Assembly (NCBI GenBank): GCA_039588295.1
Contig: JBDHAB010000001.1
Span: 224,001 to 288,000, forward strand
DNA from: Gemmatimonadota bacterium
Lineage (GTDB): Bacteria; Gemmatimonadota; Gemmatimonadetes; Gemmatimonadales; GWC2-71-9
Length of the DNA stretch: 64,000 nucleotides
Direction: 5' to 3'
This document shows, one piece after another, positions 54,114 to 64,000 of this stretch (position 1 is its first letter; each line of letters opens with the position of its first letter). The notes under the pieces were generated by a model, which saw nothing but the letters and a program-made list of their open reading frames with translations, had not been told where the DNA came from and ran no database searches. A program made the translations under genes and the position numbers.

Positions 54114-55667
54114 CTAACCTTGCACGGCTGCCGCCCTGAGCAGTCGATGGACACGGGCGAGTAGCTCGACTGGCGAGAACGGCTTGGTCATGTAGTCGGT
54201 GGCTCCGAGCTTGAACGCGCGAACGATGTCCTCTTCGCGGCCCATACTCGTGAGCATCAAGATCGGCACGCGCGCGTACTCCTCCCTGTCGCGTAGCCGT
54301 TCGAGGAGCTGCAACCCGTCCATCTCAGGCATCTTTACGTCGAAAATGCACATCGCTACCGTCAGATCGTGGGACGCGGCCAAGGCCTCGGCTCCGTTGG
54401 GGTAGTGTATGACCTCGAAGCCCGCTCGGGTGAGCCGATGCTGAACGAGTGCTGCAGAGACCCGGTCGTCTTCTGCGAGGAGAATCTTGGGCAGCGCCGC
54501 CGGCTCCGGCGTCGCCTCGAGGCCGATACCGTCGGGGGTGAATACACGTCCACGCTCTGCCGTGCCAGCCTTGAAGAGCAGTTCGTCGGCTGCGGCGACA
54601 GCGTGTTCGATTGAGTCGCCGGTCCTTACAGGTACCACGCCTGCCGAAACGGTGGGCTCGATGGTCTTCGAAACCCCTTCTACTGACACCGCAGCAGCAA
54701 GCAGCGCTTGAGAGTCGGTGAGGCGCGTTGCCGCAGCCTTGCACTCCGTGTTGGGAAACAGAACGACGTAGCGATCTCCCTGCCAGCGGGCAACCAGGTC
54801 AGTCGCTGCCAGCGACCCTGTGAGACGCACGCCGATCTTGCGAAGAACCGCTTCGGCTGCTCCTTGGCCAGATGTCTCCTGGATCTGCTCGAAGCGATCG
54901 ACCTCCAGCAGCGCGACGGCGAACGGGACGCCGGTGACCTCGGATCTTGCCGCCACATCTGAGAAGACGTCCATGACGGCCGCGCGGTTCAGCAGACCCG
55001 TGAGTTCGTCTCGCGTGCGATCGTGCGCCGCCGTCGCCACGTCGCACAGTGCGGTCAACGCAGCGTGGCAGAGCGCCTCGGCTTCGACGGGCTTCTCCAA
55101 GAACGCGTTCGCGCCGAGAGAAAGACATTCGTTCTCGAGCCACCCCCCTTGGGGACCAGACAGGACCACAATCGGGACGGTTTCTGTTTCGGGGTGCTGT
55201 CGGAGCTCGATAATGAAGTTTCGGCCGTCCGCGTCGGGGAGCACGATATCGAGAACCAGGAGAGAGAACGCTCGCTGCCCGAGCAGCTCACGCACTCGCG
55301 CAGCGCTTCCGGCCACATGAATCGCCCGATCTGGACTGGCCAACATGTGCTGCGCCGATTCGGCGAAGTCGGAGTAGCCACTGACCACCATGATGGAGAG
55401 CTTCTCCGGCACGTGACCCCGAAGTGCGGCCACCAGCCGGGTAACGCGCTTGGCAAGGTCTGCCGGTGACGCACCTTGAACACCTGCCGCGTGCTCCGTG
55501 AGGTCCGCGAATTCCTGCCGCTCGGCATTCGCGCCAATGAGCGCTGCGATCGCGCGTACCGTTGTCTGCGCGGATTCGTCCTGTCGAGCCAGGTCCCGCT
55601 CGAGGCCGGCCAGCACATCAACTTGAGCCGCGAGCCGCTGCCCTCCCCACGCTTCCTGATGGCTCAT
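54114..55667 (-). CDS. Response regulator: Hpt-like - REC - degenerate GGDEF - REC
   Basis: LDIVLPDADG, FLEKP; RDELTGLLNR; ARWQGDRY; ILLAEDD, FDVKMP, DYMTKPF; start reassigned to ATG 55667. Confidence 0.88.
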   Translation of the reverse strand: MSHQEAWGGQRLAAQVDVLAGLERDLARQDESAQTTVRAIAALIGANAERQEFADLTEHAAGVQGASPADLAKRVTRLVAALRGHVPEKLSIMVVSGYSDFAESAQHMLASPDRAIHVAGSAARVRELLGQRAFSLLVLDIVLPDADGRNFIIELRQHPETETVPIVVLSGPQGGWLENECLSLGANAFLEKPVEAEALCHAALTALCDVATAAHDRTRDELTGLLNRAAVMDVFSDVAARSEVTGVPFAVALLEVDRFEQIQETSGQGAAEAVLRKIGVRLTGSLAATDLVARWQGDRYVVLFPNTECKAAATRLTDSQALLAAAVSVEGVSKTIEPTVSAGVVPVRTGDSIEHAVAAADELLFKAGTAERGRVFTPDGIGLEATPEPAALPKILLAEDDRVSAALVQHRLTRAGFEVIHYPNGAEALAASHDLTVAMCIFDVKMPEMDGLQLLERLRDREEYARVPILMLTSMGREEDIVRAFKLGATDYMTKPFSPVELLARVHRLLRAAAVQG

Positions 55668-55836
55668 GTAGCTGCCTGTCAAACGAGTGCGCGTTTGCGT
55701 CGCCTCGGTTGTGCCGAGAGCCGCTCCGAGCGGCATCCGTCGGGGGCAAACTGATACAATAATGCGAAATCGCGTCTGAAACGACAGTCTGCACCGGGCT
55801 CGATGGGTACGAACCCGGACCCCGATGCACCGACGG

Positions 55837-57432
55837 TCAAAACACCCAGGTACCTGACGCGGTGAGTGCGAGGTAGCGGTAGCCCGTCTCACCGGTGGCA
55901 AAGCTCTGCAGGCCGGCGTTGGAATAGAGCGCCGACACACCGACTTCTCGTCCTGGAAAGACCTCGTACGTCGAGCGGGCGAACAAGCGTATCGTCGCGT
56001 GCAGGCTGCCACCGCTGCCGACCTGCTCCAGCCCCGGGGCAACTGCGGCCTCGAACCGCCAGTGGCGGCGCGAGGGCTGCCAACGGAGGATCGCCTCGCC
56101 GTGACCGTAAAAATCGGGATCGAACAGCCCGTCCAGTAGGTTCCCCTCTCGGAATCCGAAGACACGGAGTCTCAGGGCAGTAGCCCAGGGCCGCGCCAGC
56201 CGTCGCGTCACGACGGCAAAGCCGCCGATCCGCCGGTTCGACTCGGTTCCGTTGAATTGAGCGATGGATCCACTCACATCCGCCAGCCAAAGTGGCGAAG
56301 GCTGAGCGCGGAGCGAGAGTGTCCCCAGCGCGTAGGTCACCCCGCTGTCGATCAGCAGCGCTGTCGCGTCGAGAACCGAGCGCTCGAAGGCGACGGCGCC
56401 GACCACGTGGTTCCGCCGCGGGCTCGTGATGCCGAACCGCACCGTTGGCTCCGTTTCCGCCGCCGCGCCGTTGGATCCTGCTGCTCCAACGCCAGCCGAC
56501 ATGCTCCATCCTGGCTCTACGAAGAGCCGGCCGCCCACGAGCGCCCCCCAAGCGCGCCGGCTGGACGTGACTCGCGTGGGCTGAGATGCGGTACGTCCAT
56601 AGGCGTCGATCCCCACCTCGAACCGCAGCATCGGCCGAAACGCCGACCGTACGAGCAGCGTGGCGATGGAGTTGTCGTCTGAGTCGAGCTCAACAATCAA
56701 GGATGGGGCCACCCGTGGGTCGATCGCTGCCGCGACGGCACGGCGCTCGTCGGTGACCTCGCGAGTCCCGCGACGTTCGGGCGGGACGCGTTCCAGCATC
56801 TCGTGCGCCGCGGCTCCTCGGTTCTGCCACCGCAGCACCTGCGACAGGCCGACGAGGGTCACGGGATCCGTAGCGTTGAACTGCAGCGCGCGGTGCCACT
56901 GTGACTCCGCACCGATCAGGTCGCCACCCCATCCGGTGATGCGCGCCATCCCCTGCAAGGCCTGCAGGTCGGCGGAGTCCCGGGCCAGCAACCGCTCGTA
57001 TATCCCGCGAGCCGAGTCGAGGTCGTCGTCCCAGGAGAGCGCCTGCGCGAGCCCCAACAGGACCAGTCGACTCTCGGGGTACTGATCGAGTGCTGCGTCA
57101 TATGCTTGGAATGCGTCTGGAAATCGATTTGCCCACAGTAGGATCTTGGCGCGGTCGAGACGGGCCTCGATGTTCTGCGGTGATGCCCGGAGCAGCCGGT
57201 CGAACAACGCGATGCCCTCGTCGTACTGCTCGTTCCACGCCAGCATGAGTCCCATGCGGTGGAGTGCACGGTCGTCCGACGAGTCGGCAGCGAGGCGCTC
57301 CGCGTAGAGCCGTCGTGCGGTCTCGATCTCCCCACTCCGCCAGGCTGCGTCGGCGGGATCCTGGCCAGCGAGCCCGTCAGCCGTTCCCAGGCTCACGAGG
57401 AGGGTGAGCCCGGCAACGCATGCCGTCCTCAC
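55837..57432 (-). CDS. TPR + outer-membrane beta-barrel protein (PgaA/YaiO-like export protein)
   Basis: Signal peptide; LA..L.W TPR repeats; beta-strand C-terminus ending WVF. Confidence 0.8.
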   Translation of the reverse strand: MRTACVAGLTLLVSLGTADGLAGQDPADAAWRSGEIETARRLYAERLAADSSDDRALHRMGLMLAWNEQYDEGIALFDRLLRASPQNIEARLDRAKILLWANRFPDAFQAYDAALDQYPESRLVLLGLAQALSWDDDLDSARGIYERLLARDSADLQALQGMARITGWGGDLIGAESQWHRALQFNATDPVTLVGLSQVLRWQNRGAAAHEMLERVPPERRGTREVTDERRAVAAAIDPRVAPSLIVELDSDDNSIATLLVRSAFRPMLRFEVGIDAYGRTASQPTRVTSSRRAWGALVGGRLFVEPGWSMSAGVGAAGSNGAAAETEPTVRFGITSPRRNHVVGAVAFERSVLDATALLIDSGVTYALGTLSLRAQPSPLWLADVSGSIAQFNGTESNRRIGGFAVVTRRLARPWATALRLRVFGFREGNLLDGLFDPDFYGHGEAILRWQPSRRHWRFEAAVAPGLEQVGSGGSLHATIRLFARSTYEVFPGREVGVSALYSNAGLQSFATGETGYRYLALTASGTWVF

Positions 57433-60035
57433 TCGTTCGGTTCTCGCTGGTCGATCACGTCAAACGCGCTCCGGACTGCAGAGAATACCGGTCGGCGGCG
57501 GGCTCGCCATTGGGGCTCGTCCCACGTAGACCAGCTGAACAGCGCGACGTCTCGGGCGGCACCGGACTGCGGCCACAAACGCCACGCGCCACTGGCGGCG
57601 CGGCTTCCGACCAGAATCCGGACCCCGCCCACGGTAACTGTTTCGAACGGTGGCTCCAATAGGAGTGTGGAATCCCGCCCTTCGGGTGTCGACAGGACCT
57701 GGCGGCTCGACGGGTCCGCCACGTTGATCAGCGTCCACGGAATCCGCACCTCGAGGGTGCCGCTAGAAGGATCCAGCTCCCAGAGGCCGTCTGGCGGCGG
57801 GCCCTCGGGCAGCACACCCCGATCGTATCCGATGGCTGCATACACCGTCGTGTCACGCCCGAACCGGCGGCGGTTGGTGATCGCCCACAGGGGCTCAAAG
57901 TACGCCTGTGGGGATGGTGCCGGACGGAGCCATCGGTTGTAGCGCTGGGAGAACTGCCCGCTCAAGATGCTCGCGGGTGCGGCGTCGACCGTCAGGGTGT
58001 GGACCGGTCGGCCAAGCGGCTTGTGCAGCTTGATGCGGAACGGGTTCGCCGAGTGCTCTGCCACCAACCGCACGCCTGCGGCAGATTGTACGAGCGCGAA
58101 CTCGATGCCGATGGGTAGTCGCGGCCCGCCGCCGGGCCAGCGGAACCCGCCGCCGTCCGGGTTCACCACGTCGAGGCCGACGTAGGCAACCTCGGCGCGG
58201 TCCGAGCCGTTCGGCTCGAGCAGCAGCCAGAGGTAGGCTTCGTCGGCCTGCGCGCGCAGTCGGCCTGCGTACAAGTCGGGGATGCGCCGCCAGTCGGCCA
58301 GCCGCTCAGCCAACGTTGTACCGTGAAGCCGCGGCGTCGGCTCCAGGGCGAACACGCCGTAGTGCTGCTCCGCGTTCATCCGGCTGTACCACATCCGGTT
58401 TCGTTCGAGCGGAATCTCGAGATCGATGACGACCCAGGTCTTCTTGAACCACTCGTCGATCCAGGCAAAGAGTATCCCGCCGGCCATTCCGCATTCGGCG
58501 ATGAGTACGGTGAGGGCCGAGTCCACGGTGGCCATGCCCGCCTCCGTATGACCGCCGTGGTGCCAACCCTCCCGGGCCAGGTGTGCCACGCCGATGCTGG
58601 CCGGCACGCCGTACTCCGCGATTACGACCGGCATGTCACGATGATGCTGCTTGAGTCGGCGCAGGTACTCTCCGTAGTCCGAGCCGAACAGCATGATGTC
58701 GGGGTAATACGGGTAGGCGTGGTACGAGGCGAAGAACCCGGCGGTGAACTCCGCCGTCGGTCGGATTCGGTTGGGGTGGATGGCGACGACGTCGTTGTCG
58801 TACTCCTTGGGGACCACGTCGATGGAGTCGCCCAGCGCTTCGCGTATCGCGAGTTCCTCGCGGACCGAGGTCTCGGTGGGGTGTACCAGGGGGTCGAGCG
58901 TCGGCCAACTGGTGTATGCAATCGGCCGCTGTGTGCGATACCGCTCCGTCTCGTATGCGATCATGTGCTCGCAGGCACCCGCCAACCAGCCATCCATGGC
59001 GGTGCCGCCTCGAACGCTGAGATAGCGTCCCTGCCAATCCCCGCCGGTGTGGGTGGTATCGTATTGTTCGACCGCAGCGGGCTCCCACTCGCGCCCAATG
59101 ATGTAGGCCAGCGTCCACCGGGATACGTCCGCGGTGTAGAACCCCGAGGCGTGGCCCGTGCGCGGCCGGATGTCAGCCCGTCCATGAATCAGATCGACGA
59201 CTCGTTTTTCCTCCGCGACGAACTCGGCGCGCCAGGTGGCATCGTCGAAGTTGTGCCCGGGTGGCAGCTCCGCCCACACGCCGTGGATGAGCCACAGGGG
59301 CGTGTCCGGGTGTGCCTGGTTGAAGTCGGAGAGTGCCTGGTAGAAATGCGGCGGGTGAATCGTGTACACCCGGACCGCATTGGTCCCCATCGCCACCATC
59401 TCGGCAACCCACTCCGCGTATACCGTGGAATCGGGGAACTGACTCGGGTGCCGCCCGGGCAGTGCCGCACCCAAGTTCACGCCTTTGATGTAGAACGGTT
59501 TCCAACCGTCGCGCGTCGCGATCTCAAACCGATCGCCGTTGGTGCGGGCCGGAACGAGGAGTGAGTCCGCCAGGACGAGTGGTGGTCGCTCGGGCGGCGC
59601 TCCAATACCGCCAGGCAGGCGCGCGAGGTAGTCGTGTGCCTCCGGCCGGGTGGGATCGAGCGCCTGCACCCGGGTGAATTGCTCGTGGACGGCTTCGAGT
59701 TCCCCTTGACGCCACGCCGCAATACCCAGGCCGACGTGGGCGTCTACCTGAGCAGAGTCCCTCGCGACGGCCGCGTTGAAACGTCGCTCGGCATCGTCCA
59801 GCCGACCTTCGCGCAATGCGACATATCCGAGCCCGACCGTCGCACTGTTGTGGCGGGGACAGAGCGAGAGCGCGGTATTGAAGGTTTCCGCGGCCGTCGG
59901 GATGGAGTCGGCGCGGTAGTGTTCCCATCCCCGGGCGGCGACCGAATCGGCCGACGCGAGGCATGTCGTCCGGACCCGACAACTTGTCGAGGCAATGACA
60001 ACGAGTGCAACAAGGCTCGTCGACAAGAGGCGCAC
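57429..60035 (-). CDS. TPR + glycoside-hydrolase-like TIM-barrel lipoprotein
   Basis: AAGGAG SD then GTG 60035; lipobox STSC; TPRs; IKGVNLG, N..RVYT..PP.FY, IGREWEP, YHAYPYYP, IAEYGVP, FAWIDEWFK. Confidence 0.82.
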   Translation of the reverse strand: MRLLSTSLVALVVIASTSCRVRTTCLASADSVAARGWEHYRADSIPTAAETFNTALSLCPRHNSATVGLGYVALREGRLDDAERRFNAAVARDSAQVDAHVGLGIAAWRQGELEAVHEQFTRVQALDPTRPEAHDYLARLPGGIGAPPERPPLVLADSLLVPARTNGDRFEIATRDGWKPFYIKGVNLGAALPGRHPSQFPDSTVYAEWVAEMVAMGTNAVRVYTIHPPHFYQALSDFNQAHPDTPLWLIHGVWAELPPGHNFDDATWRAEFVAEEKRVVDLIHGRADIRPRTGHASGFYTADVSRWTLAYIIGREWEPAAVEQYDTTHTGGDWQGRYLSVRGGTAMDGWLAGACEHMIAYETERYRTQRPIAYTSWPTLDPLVHPTETSVREELAIREALGDSIDVVPKEYDNDVVAIHPNRIRPTAEFTAGFFASYHAYPYYPDIMLFGSDYGEYLRRLKQHHRDMPVVIAEYGVPASIGVAHLAREGWHHGGHTEAGMATVDSALTVLIAECGMAGGILFAWIDEWFKKTWVVIDLEIPLERNRMWYSRMNAEQHYGVFALEPTPRLHGTTLAERLADWRRIPDLYAGRLRAQADEAYLWLLLEPNGSDRAEVAYVGLDVVNPDGGGFRWPGGGPRLPIGIEFALVQSAAGVRLVAEHSANPFRIKLHKPLGRPVHTLTVDAAPASILSGQFSQRYNRWLRPAPSPQAYFEPLWAITNRRRFGRDTTVYAAIGYDRGVLPEGPPPDGLWELDPSSGTLEVRIPWTLINVADPSSRQVLSTPEGRDSTLLLEPPFETVTVGGVRILVGSRAASGAWRLWPQSGAARDVALFSWSTWDEPQWRARRRPVFSAVRSAFDVIDQREPNE

Positions 60036-60249
60036 GAAGTACTCCTTCGTAGCTTGGACTGTGGATGCGCTTGACCTCAGTGCACGACCGAACACGATAT
60101 GAAAATAGCCAGCGCACTCCAAGAGTATGTGATCTAGGTCGCGTCCGGTCGGTGTGAAAGTTCTGTGCTGGTCAGTATGTTTTGTGAGGAGTCTGAATAT
60201 GGGGGCGTTTGACAGACCAGATTCGGAAACAAGCACGGAGCCATGCAGC

Positions 60250-61320
60250 GTGCGACGAGTGTTGATGCGGGCACTGACGCTAGCGGCTGCGGTGGCGGCC
60301 GCGGGTGTGTCCTGTGCGGTGGGACAGACTAACGTGACCCCCAACGGCGGTCTCACGGCTGTGGCCGGGATCAAGGTCGGTCATGTCACGCTACGCGACC
60401 GCCCCACTGGCTGCACGGTGATCCTGGTCGAGGACGGGGCCGTGGGTGGCGTGGACGTTCGTGGCGGTGCTCCCGGGACTCGGGAGACCGATTTGCTGAA
60501 TCCAGTGAACACGGTCGAGCGCGTGCACGCCGTGGTGCTGTCCGGCGGCAGCGCGTTCGGACTCGATGCGGCCTCTGGTGTGATGCGCTACCTGGAGGAG
60601 CGGGGGGTGGGTTTCGACGCCGGCGTGGCGCGCGTGCCGATCGTCGTGGGGGCAATCCTGTTCGACCTGCGGGTTGGCTCGGATCCGGGTGTTCGCCCGG
60701 ATGCTGAGTGCGGGTATCAGGCGGCCGTGGCTGCGTCGGCCGGTCCCGTCGCCGAGGGCAACGTTGGGGCGGGCACCGGGGCCACGGTCGGCAAGCTTCG
60801 TGGGCCGGCCCGCGCCATGAAGGGTGGGGTGGGAACCGCATCCGTCACACTGCCCGACGGACTCGTCGTGTCTGCGTTGGTGGCGGTGAACGCCCTGGGT
60901 GACATCATCGACCCCGCGACTGGAGCAGTCGTTGCGGGCGTGCGCTCAGAGGATGGGCAGTCTCTTGCCGACGCTCGGACCTTGATCCGGAGGGGCCTAA
61001 GCGCGACGAACCAGTTCGGCCAGAACACATCGATCGGCGTCGTCGCCACCAACGCGGCACTCACGAAGTCGCAGGCGAGCAAGGTGGCGCAGATGGCGCA
61101 CGACGGTCTGGCTCGTGCCGTGTTTCCGTCCCACACGCCCTGGGACGGCGATACGATCTTCAGCCTCGCGACCGGCACGTATGCGGGCGATGCCGACGTG
61201 CTCACGATCGGTGTGCTTGCAGCAGACGTCGTCGCCGAGGCTGTTGTGCGGGCCGCGCGAGCGGCGGCGAGCGTCGAAGGCTATCCCGCAGCCAGGGAGC
61301 TGTCGGATCGAGGTCGATGA
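60250..61320 (+). CDS. P1/S58 family (DmpA-like) peptidase with signal peptide
   Basis: G..VGH, TGCTV, GGAPGTRETDLL, LSGGSAFGL, GNVGAGTG, NTSIG, HT..DGD. Confidence 0.92.
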   Translation: MRRVLMRALTLAAAVAAAGVSCAVGQTNVTPNGGLTAVAGIKVGHVTLRDRPTGCTVILVEDGAVGGVDVRGGAPGTRETDLLNPVNTVERVHAVVLSGGSAFGLDAASGVMRYLEERGVGFDAGVARVPIVVGAILFDLRVGSDPGVRPDAECGYQAAVAASAGPVAEGNVGAGTGATVGKLRGPARAMKGGVGTASVTLPDGLVVSALVAVNALGDIIDPATGAVVAGVRSEDGQSLADARTLIRRGLSATNQFGQNTSIGVVATNAALTKSQASKVAQMAHDGLARAVFPSHTPWDGDTIFSLATGTYAGDADVLTIGVLAADVVAEAVVRAARAAASVEGYPAARELSDRGR

Positions 61321-62732
61321 ACCTCAGCCTGCTCGTCCTGCTTCTCTCTTACGCCGTCGGCCTGAGCGCTCTCGGTCTTTGGATTGGGCGCCGCGTGAAG
61401 ACGAGCGGCGCCTTTTTTGTCGCCGGACGCCGACTCGGTCCGTTGCTGATCTTCTCGACGGTTCTGGCGGCGAACATTGGCGCTGGATCGACGGTAGGCG
61501 CGGCTGGTCTTGGCTACCGCGACGGATTGAGCGCCTGGTGGTGGGTCGGGTCGGCGGCGATCGGGACCTTGTTCCTCGCCTTTTGGGTCGGGCCGCGCAT
61601 GTGGCGGATCGCCCAGGCCAAAGGGCTGTATACGGTCGGGGACTTTCTCGAGCTTCGCTACGGACGCTCGGTGCGGGCCGTGATCGCCGTGTTGCTGTGG
61701 TTGGGGACGCTCGCGATTCTGGCTGGGCAACTGATCGCCCTTGCGTGGGTGCTGAACGTCGTGGCGGGAGTGCCGAAGATCGCCGGATGTCTGATCGGTG
61801 GCGTCGTCATGACGGTCTACTTTGCGGCAGGAGGGCTCCTCACGTCAGCCTGGGTCAACGTCGTCGAGCTCGGTGTTCTCCTCCTTGGCTTCTTGATCGC
61901 CCTCCCGTGGGTGTTCGTCGATGCCGGCGGATGGGCTGCGGTCACGGCAGCCGCACCAGCGACGCAGTCCGAGTACTTCGGGTTCTTACATGGTGGGGGC
62001 TCGGGCTGGATGTACCTCGTATTGCTTGGGCCGGCGTTCATCATTTCGCCGGGTCTCATTCAGAAGGTCTATGGGGCACGGGATGAACGAACGGTCCGTT
62101 GGGGCGTTGGGATGAGTGGGCTGGTGCTCTTGGTGTTTGCCCTGCTTCCTCCACTCTTTGGCATGGCTGCGCGAGTCTACGCTCCCGAGCTCGCCAATCC
62201 CGAGCTCGCGTTGCCCACGGTGTTCACCGAGGGTCTGCCACTGGCACTGGGAGCCCTCGCGCTCGCAGCGGTGTTCTCGGCGGAAATCAGTTCGGCCGAC
62301 GCCATCCTGTTCATGTTGTCGACTTCGCTGTCCGAAGATCTCTACCGGCGATTCGTGCAGCCAGACGCGGCGGATGCGAAGGTGCTGCGTGTCGCGCGCC
62401 TCGCGGCGATTGCAGGCGGTGGCCTTGGAGTGGCCCTCGCCATCGTCCTCCCGTCGGTGATCAGCTCGCTCAGCATCTTTTACGCGTTGTTGGGGGTGAG
62501 TCTCTTCGTCCCCATCGTGGCTGGGCTCCACTCGACGCGACCGGGCGTACCCGAAGCCCTCGCGGCCATCGTCGGCGGGGTAATCGTCACGGCGGCTGCA
62601 CGACTGGCAGGGGTCTCGACTACGGGAGCGTGGAATGCGAACACCTGGGGGCTCCTCGCCTCCGGCGCCGCGTTCGGAATCGCCTTTGCGTTCCGCCGGA
62701 TTCGGGCTACATGGGCTCGAGCCGCGCCGTGA
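61317..62732 (+). CDS. Sodium:solute symporter family protein
   Basis: FFVAGR.LG, NIGAGS..G, Y..GLS, QK.Y.A.D, A..SSAD; about 13 TM helices. Confidence 0.92.
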   Translation: MNLSLLVLLLSYAVGLSALGLWIGRRVKTSGAFFVAGRRLGPLLIFSTVLAANIGAGSTVGAAGLGYRDGLSAWWWVGSAAIGTLFLAFWVGPRMWRIAQAKGLYTVGDFLELRYGRSVRAVIAVLLWLGTLAILAGQLIALAWVLNVVAGVPKIAGCLIGGVVMTVYFAAGGLLTSAWVNVVELGVLLLGFLIALPWVFVDAGGWAAVTAAAPATQSEYFGFLHGGGSGWMYLVLLGPAFIISPGLIQKVYGARDERTVRWGVGMSGLVLLVFALLPPLFGMAARVYAPELANPELALPTVFTEGLPLALGALALAAVFSAEISSADAILFMLSTSLSEDLYRRFVQPDAADAKVLRVARLAAIAGGGLGVALAIVLPSVISSLSIFYALLGVSLFVPIVAGLHSTRPGVPEALAAIVGGVIVTAAARLAGVSTTGAWNANTWGLLASGAAFGIAFAFRRIRATWARAAP

Positions 62733-63999
62733 AGTGCCGTAACACCGGAGCTTCGTAGATAAGTCGGAGACCGCCGATCGCGTCCCGCTCCGCGAGCAGC
62801 TTCGCACACACGTCTGTTACGAACCCGAGATGACTCGTCGTGTATACGCGGCGTGGAACGGCCAACCGAACGAGTTCTAACGCCGGCCACTCTCCCCCAG
62901 CGCCGAACATCAGCCCGCCGATTTCGACTCCGCGGATACCACCTTCGAGGTAGAGGGCGCAGGTGAGTGCTTGCGCCGGATACTGGTCTTGTGGGATGTG
63001 CGGCAGGAACCGACGCGCATCGAGGTAGACGGCGTGACCACCCACCGGCAGCACGATAGGAACTCCTGTTGCCTGGAGCGCGTCACCGAACGCCCGTACC
63101 TGACCGACCCGATGGGCGAGATAGCGTTCGTCCAGCACTTCGTCCAGTCCCTGCGCGATCGCCGCCATGTCGCGTCCGGCGAGTCCCCCGTAGGTGGGGA
63201 AGCCTTCGATGAGGATGAGCATGGTGGTGATCTTCGTCTTCAGCTCGTCGTCGTTCAGTGCGACGAAGCCGCCCATGTTGACGAGCCCGTCCTTCTTCGC
63301 CGACATCGTGCATCCGTCGGCCAGGGTGAAGAACTCACGCGTCAACTCGGGAATGCCCGCTTCCAACTTGCTGCGGATCTTGTTGAAGTACGCGTTCTCG
63401 GCAAAGCGGCAGGCGTCGTAGAAGAATGCGATGCCGTGCTTGCGACACCACGTGCTCACCTGGCGCGCGTTATCGAGACTGACGGGCTGCCCACCACCGG
63501 AGTTGTTCGTGATCGTGAGCAGCACGAGGGGGATGCGCCCGCGCCCGACCTCGGCGAGCACACGATCCAGCTTGCTGATGTCCATGTTCCCCTTGTAGGG
63601 AAGTTCCTTGACCGGATCGTAGGCGTCGTCGATCACGCAGTCGACCGCGACGCCTCCGTTGTGTTCGATGTTCGCCCGGGTCGTATCGAAGTGGATGTTG
63701 TTTGGGATATGGTCCCCTTCGTTTACGAGGGCGGTGAACAGCAGGTTCTCCGCCATGCGGCCTTGATGGGTCGGAATCACATGTCGGAAACCGGTAATGC
63801 GACGGATCGCGTCCTCGAACGTGAAGTAGTTGCGGCTTCCGGCGTACGACTCGTCTCCGGTCATGAGCGCAGCCCACTGCCGATCCGACATCGCCGACGT
63901 TCCCGAGTCGGTGAGCAGGTCGATCGTGATCAGACGCGCGGGAACATTGAACACGTTGTACCCTGCCTCACCAAGCGCATGCGCTCGCTCTGGGCGCGA
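62707..63999 (-). CDS. tnaA: Tryptophanase (beta-eliminating lyase), 5' truncated by window edge
   Basis: IDLLTDSGT, GDESYAGS, HQGR.AE, HFDTT, SAKKD, EGFPTYGGL; LRHFTA is TnaA-type (TPL has LRFFTA). Confidence 0.88.
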   Translation of the reverse strand, partial: SRPERAHALGEAGYNVFNVPARLITIDLLTDSGTSAMSDRQWAALMTGDESYAGSRNYFTFEDAIRRITGFRHVIPTHQGRMAENLLFTALVNEGDHIPNNIHFDTTRANIEHNGGVAVDCVIDDAYDPVKELPYKGNMDISKLDRVLAEVGRGRIPLVLLTITNNSGGGQPVSLDNARQVSTWCRKHGIAFFYDACRFAENAYFNKIRSKLEAGIPELTREFFTLADGCTMSAKKDGLVNMGGFVALNDDELKTKITTMLILIEGFPTYGGLAGRDMAAIAQGLDEVLDERYLAHRVGQVRAFGDALQATGVPIVLPVGGHAVYLDARRFLPHIPQDQYPAQALTCALYLEGGIRGVEIGGLMFGAGGEWPALELVRLAVPRRVYTTSHLGFVTDVCAKLLAERDAIGGLRLIYEAPVLRHFTARLEPM

Positions 64000-64000
64000 C

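Noticed and set aside
55750..55775. dif-like half site (minus strand ATTTCGCATTATTGTAT)
   Set aside because: The XerD arm (TTATGTTAAAT) is absent

Overview
GC-rich bacterial chromosomal window. The gene content, including expanded 'LKTALADRYAIERELG' Ser/Thr kinases, suggests Gemmatimonadota (inference). From left to right: small hypothetical genes; a ~430-nt highly structured non-coding transcript with its own sigma70 promoter and intrinsic terminator (about 3566-3997), converging on an rtcB-archease-yhaM RNA repair/decay cluster; a MerR-lemA-htpX-acyltransferase operon; HAD/Omp85, SRAP-NUDIX-YbjQ and amidase genes; a YtrA(GntR)-ABC operon; a tRNA-Cys hotspot with three Ser/Thr kinases; a complete GlgE-pathway alpha-glucan/trehalose operon (glgP-glgE-treS/mak-glgX-glgB) with a probable treZ remnant; a Cys/Met PLP enzyme; glnA; a polysaccharide/signalling operon (TPR-GH lipoprotein, TPR/beta-barrel, REC-degenerate GGDEF-REC, HEAT, GT2, hybrid kinase); a P1 peptidase; an SSS symporter; and a partial tryptophanase. 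At the tRNA-Cys hotspot, one kinase sits in an integrase-less att-flanked islet and another is bracketed by heptamer repeats. The two most interesting signals are the orphan large structured RNA beside the RtcB module and the apparently mobile kinase cassettes at tRNA-Cys. All calls were made by eye from the sequence; no searches or folding programs were run.
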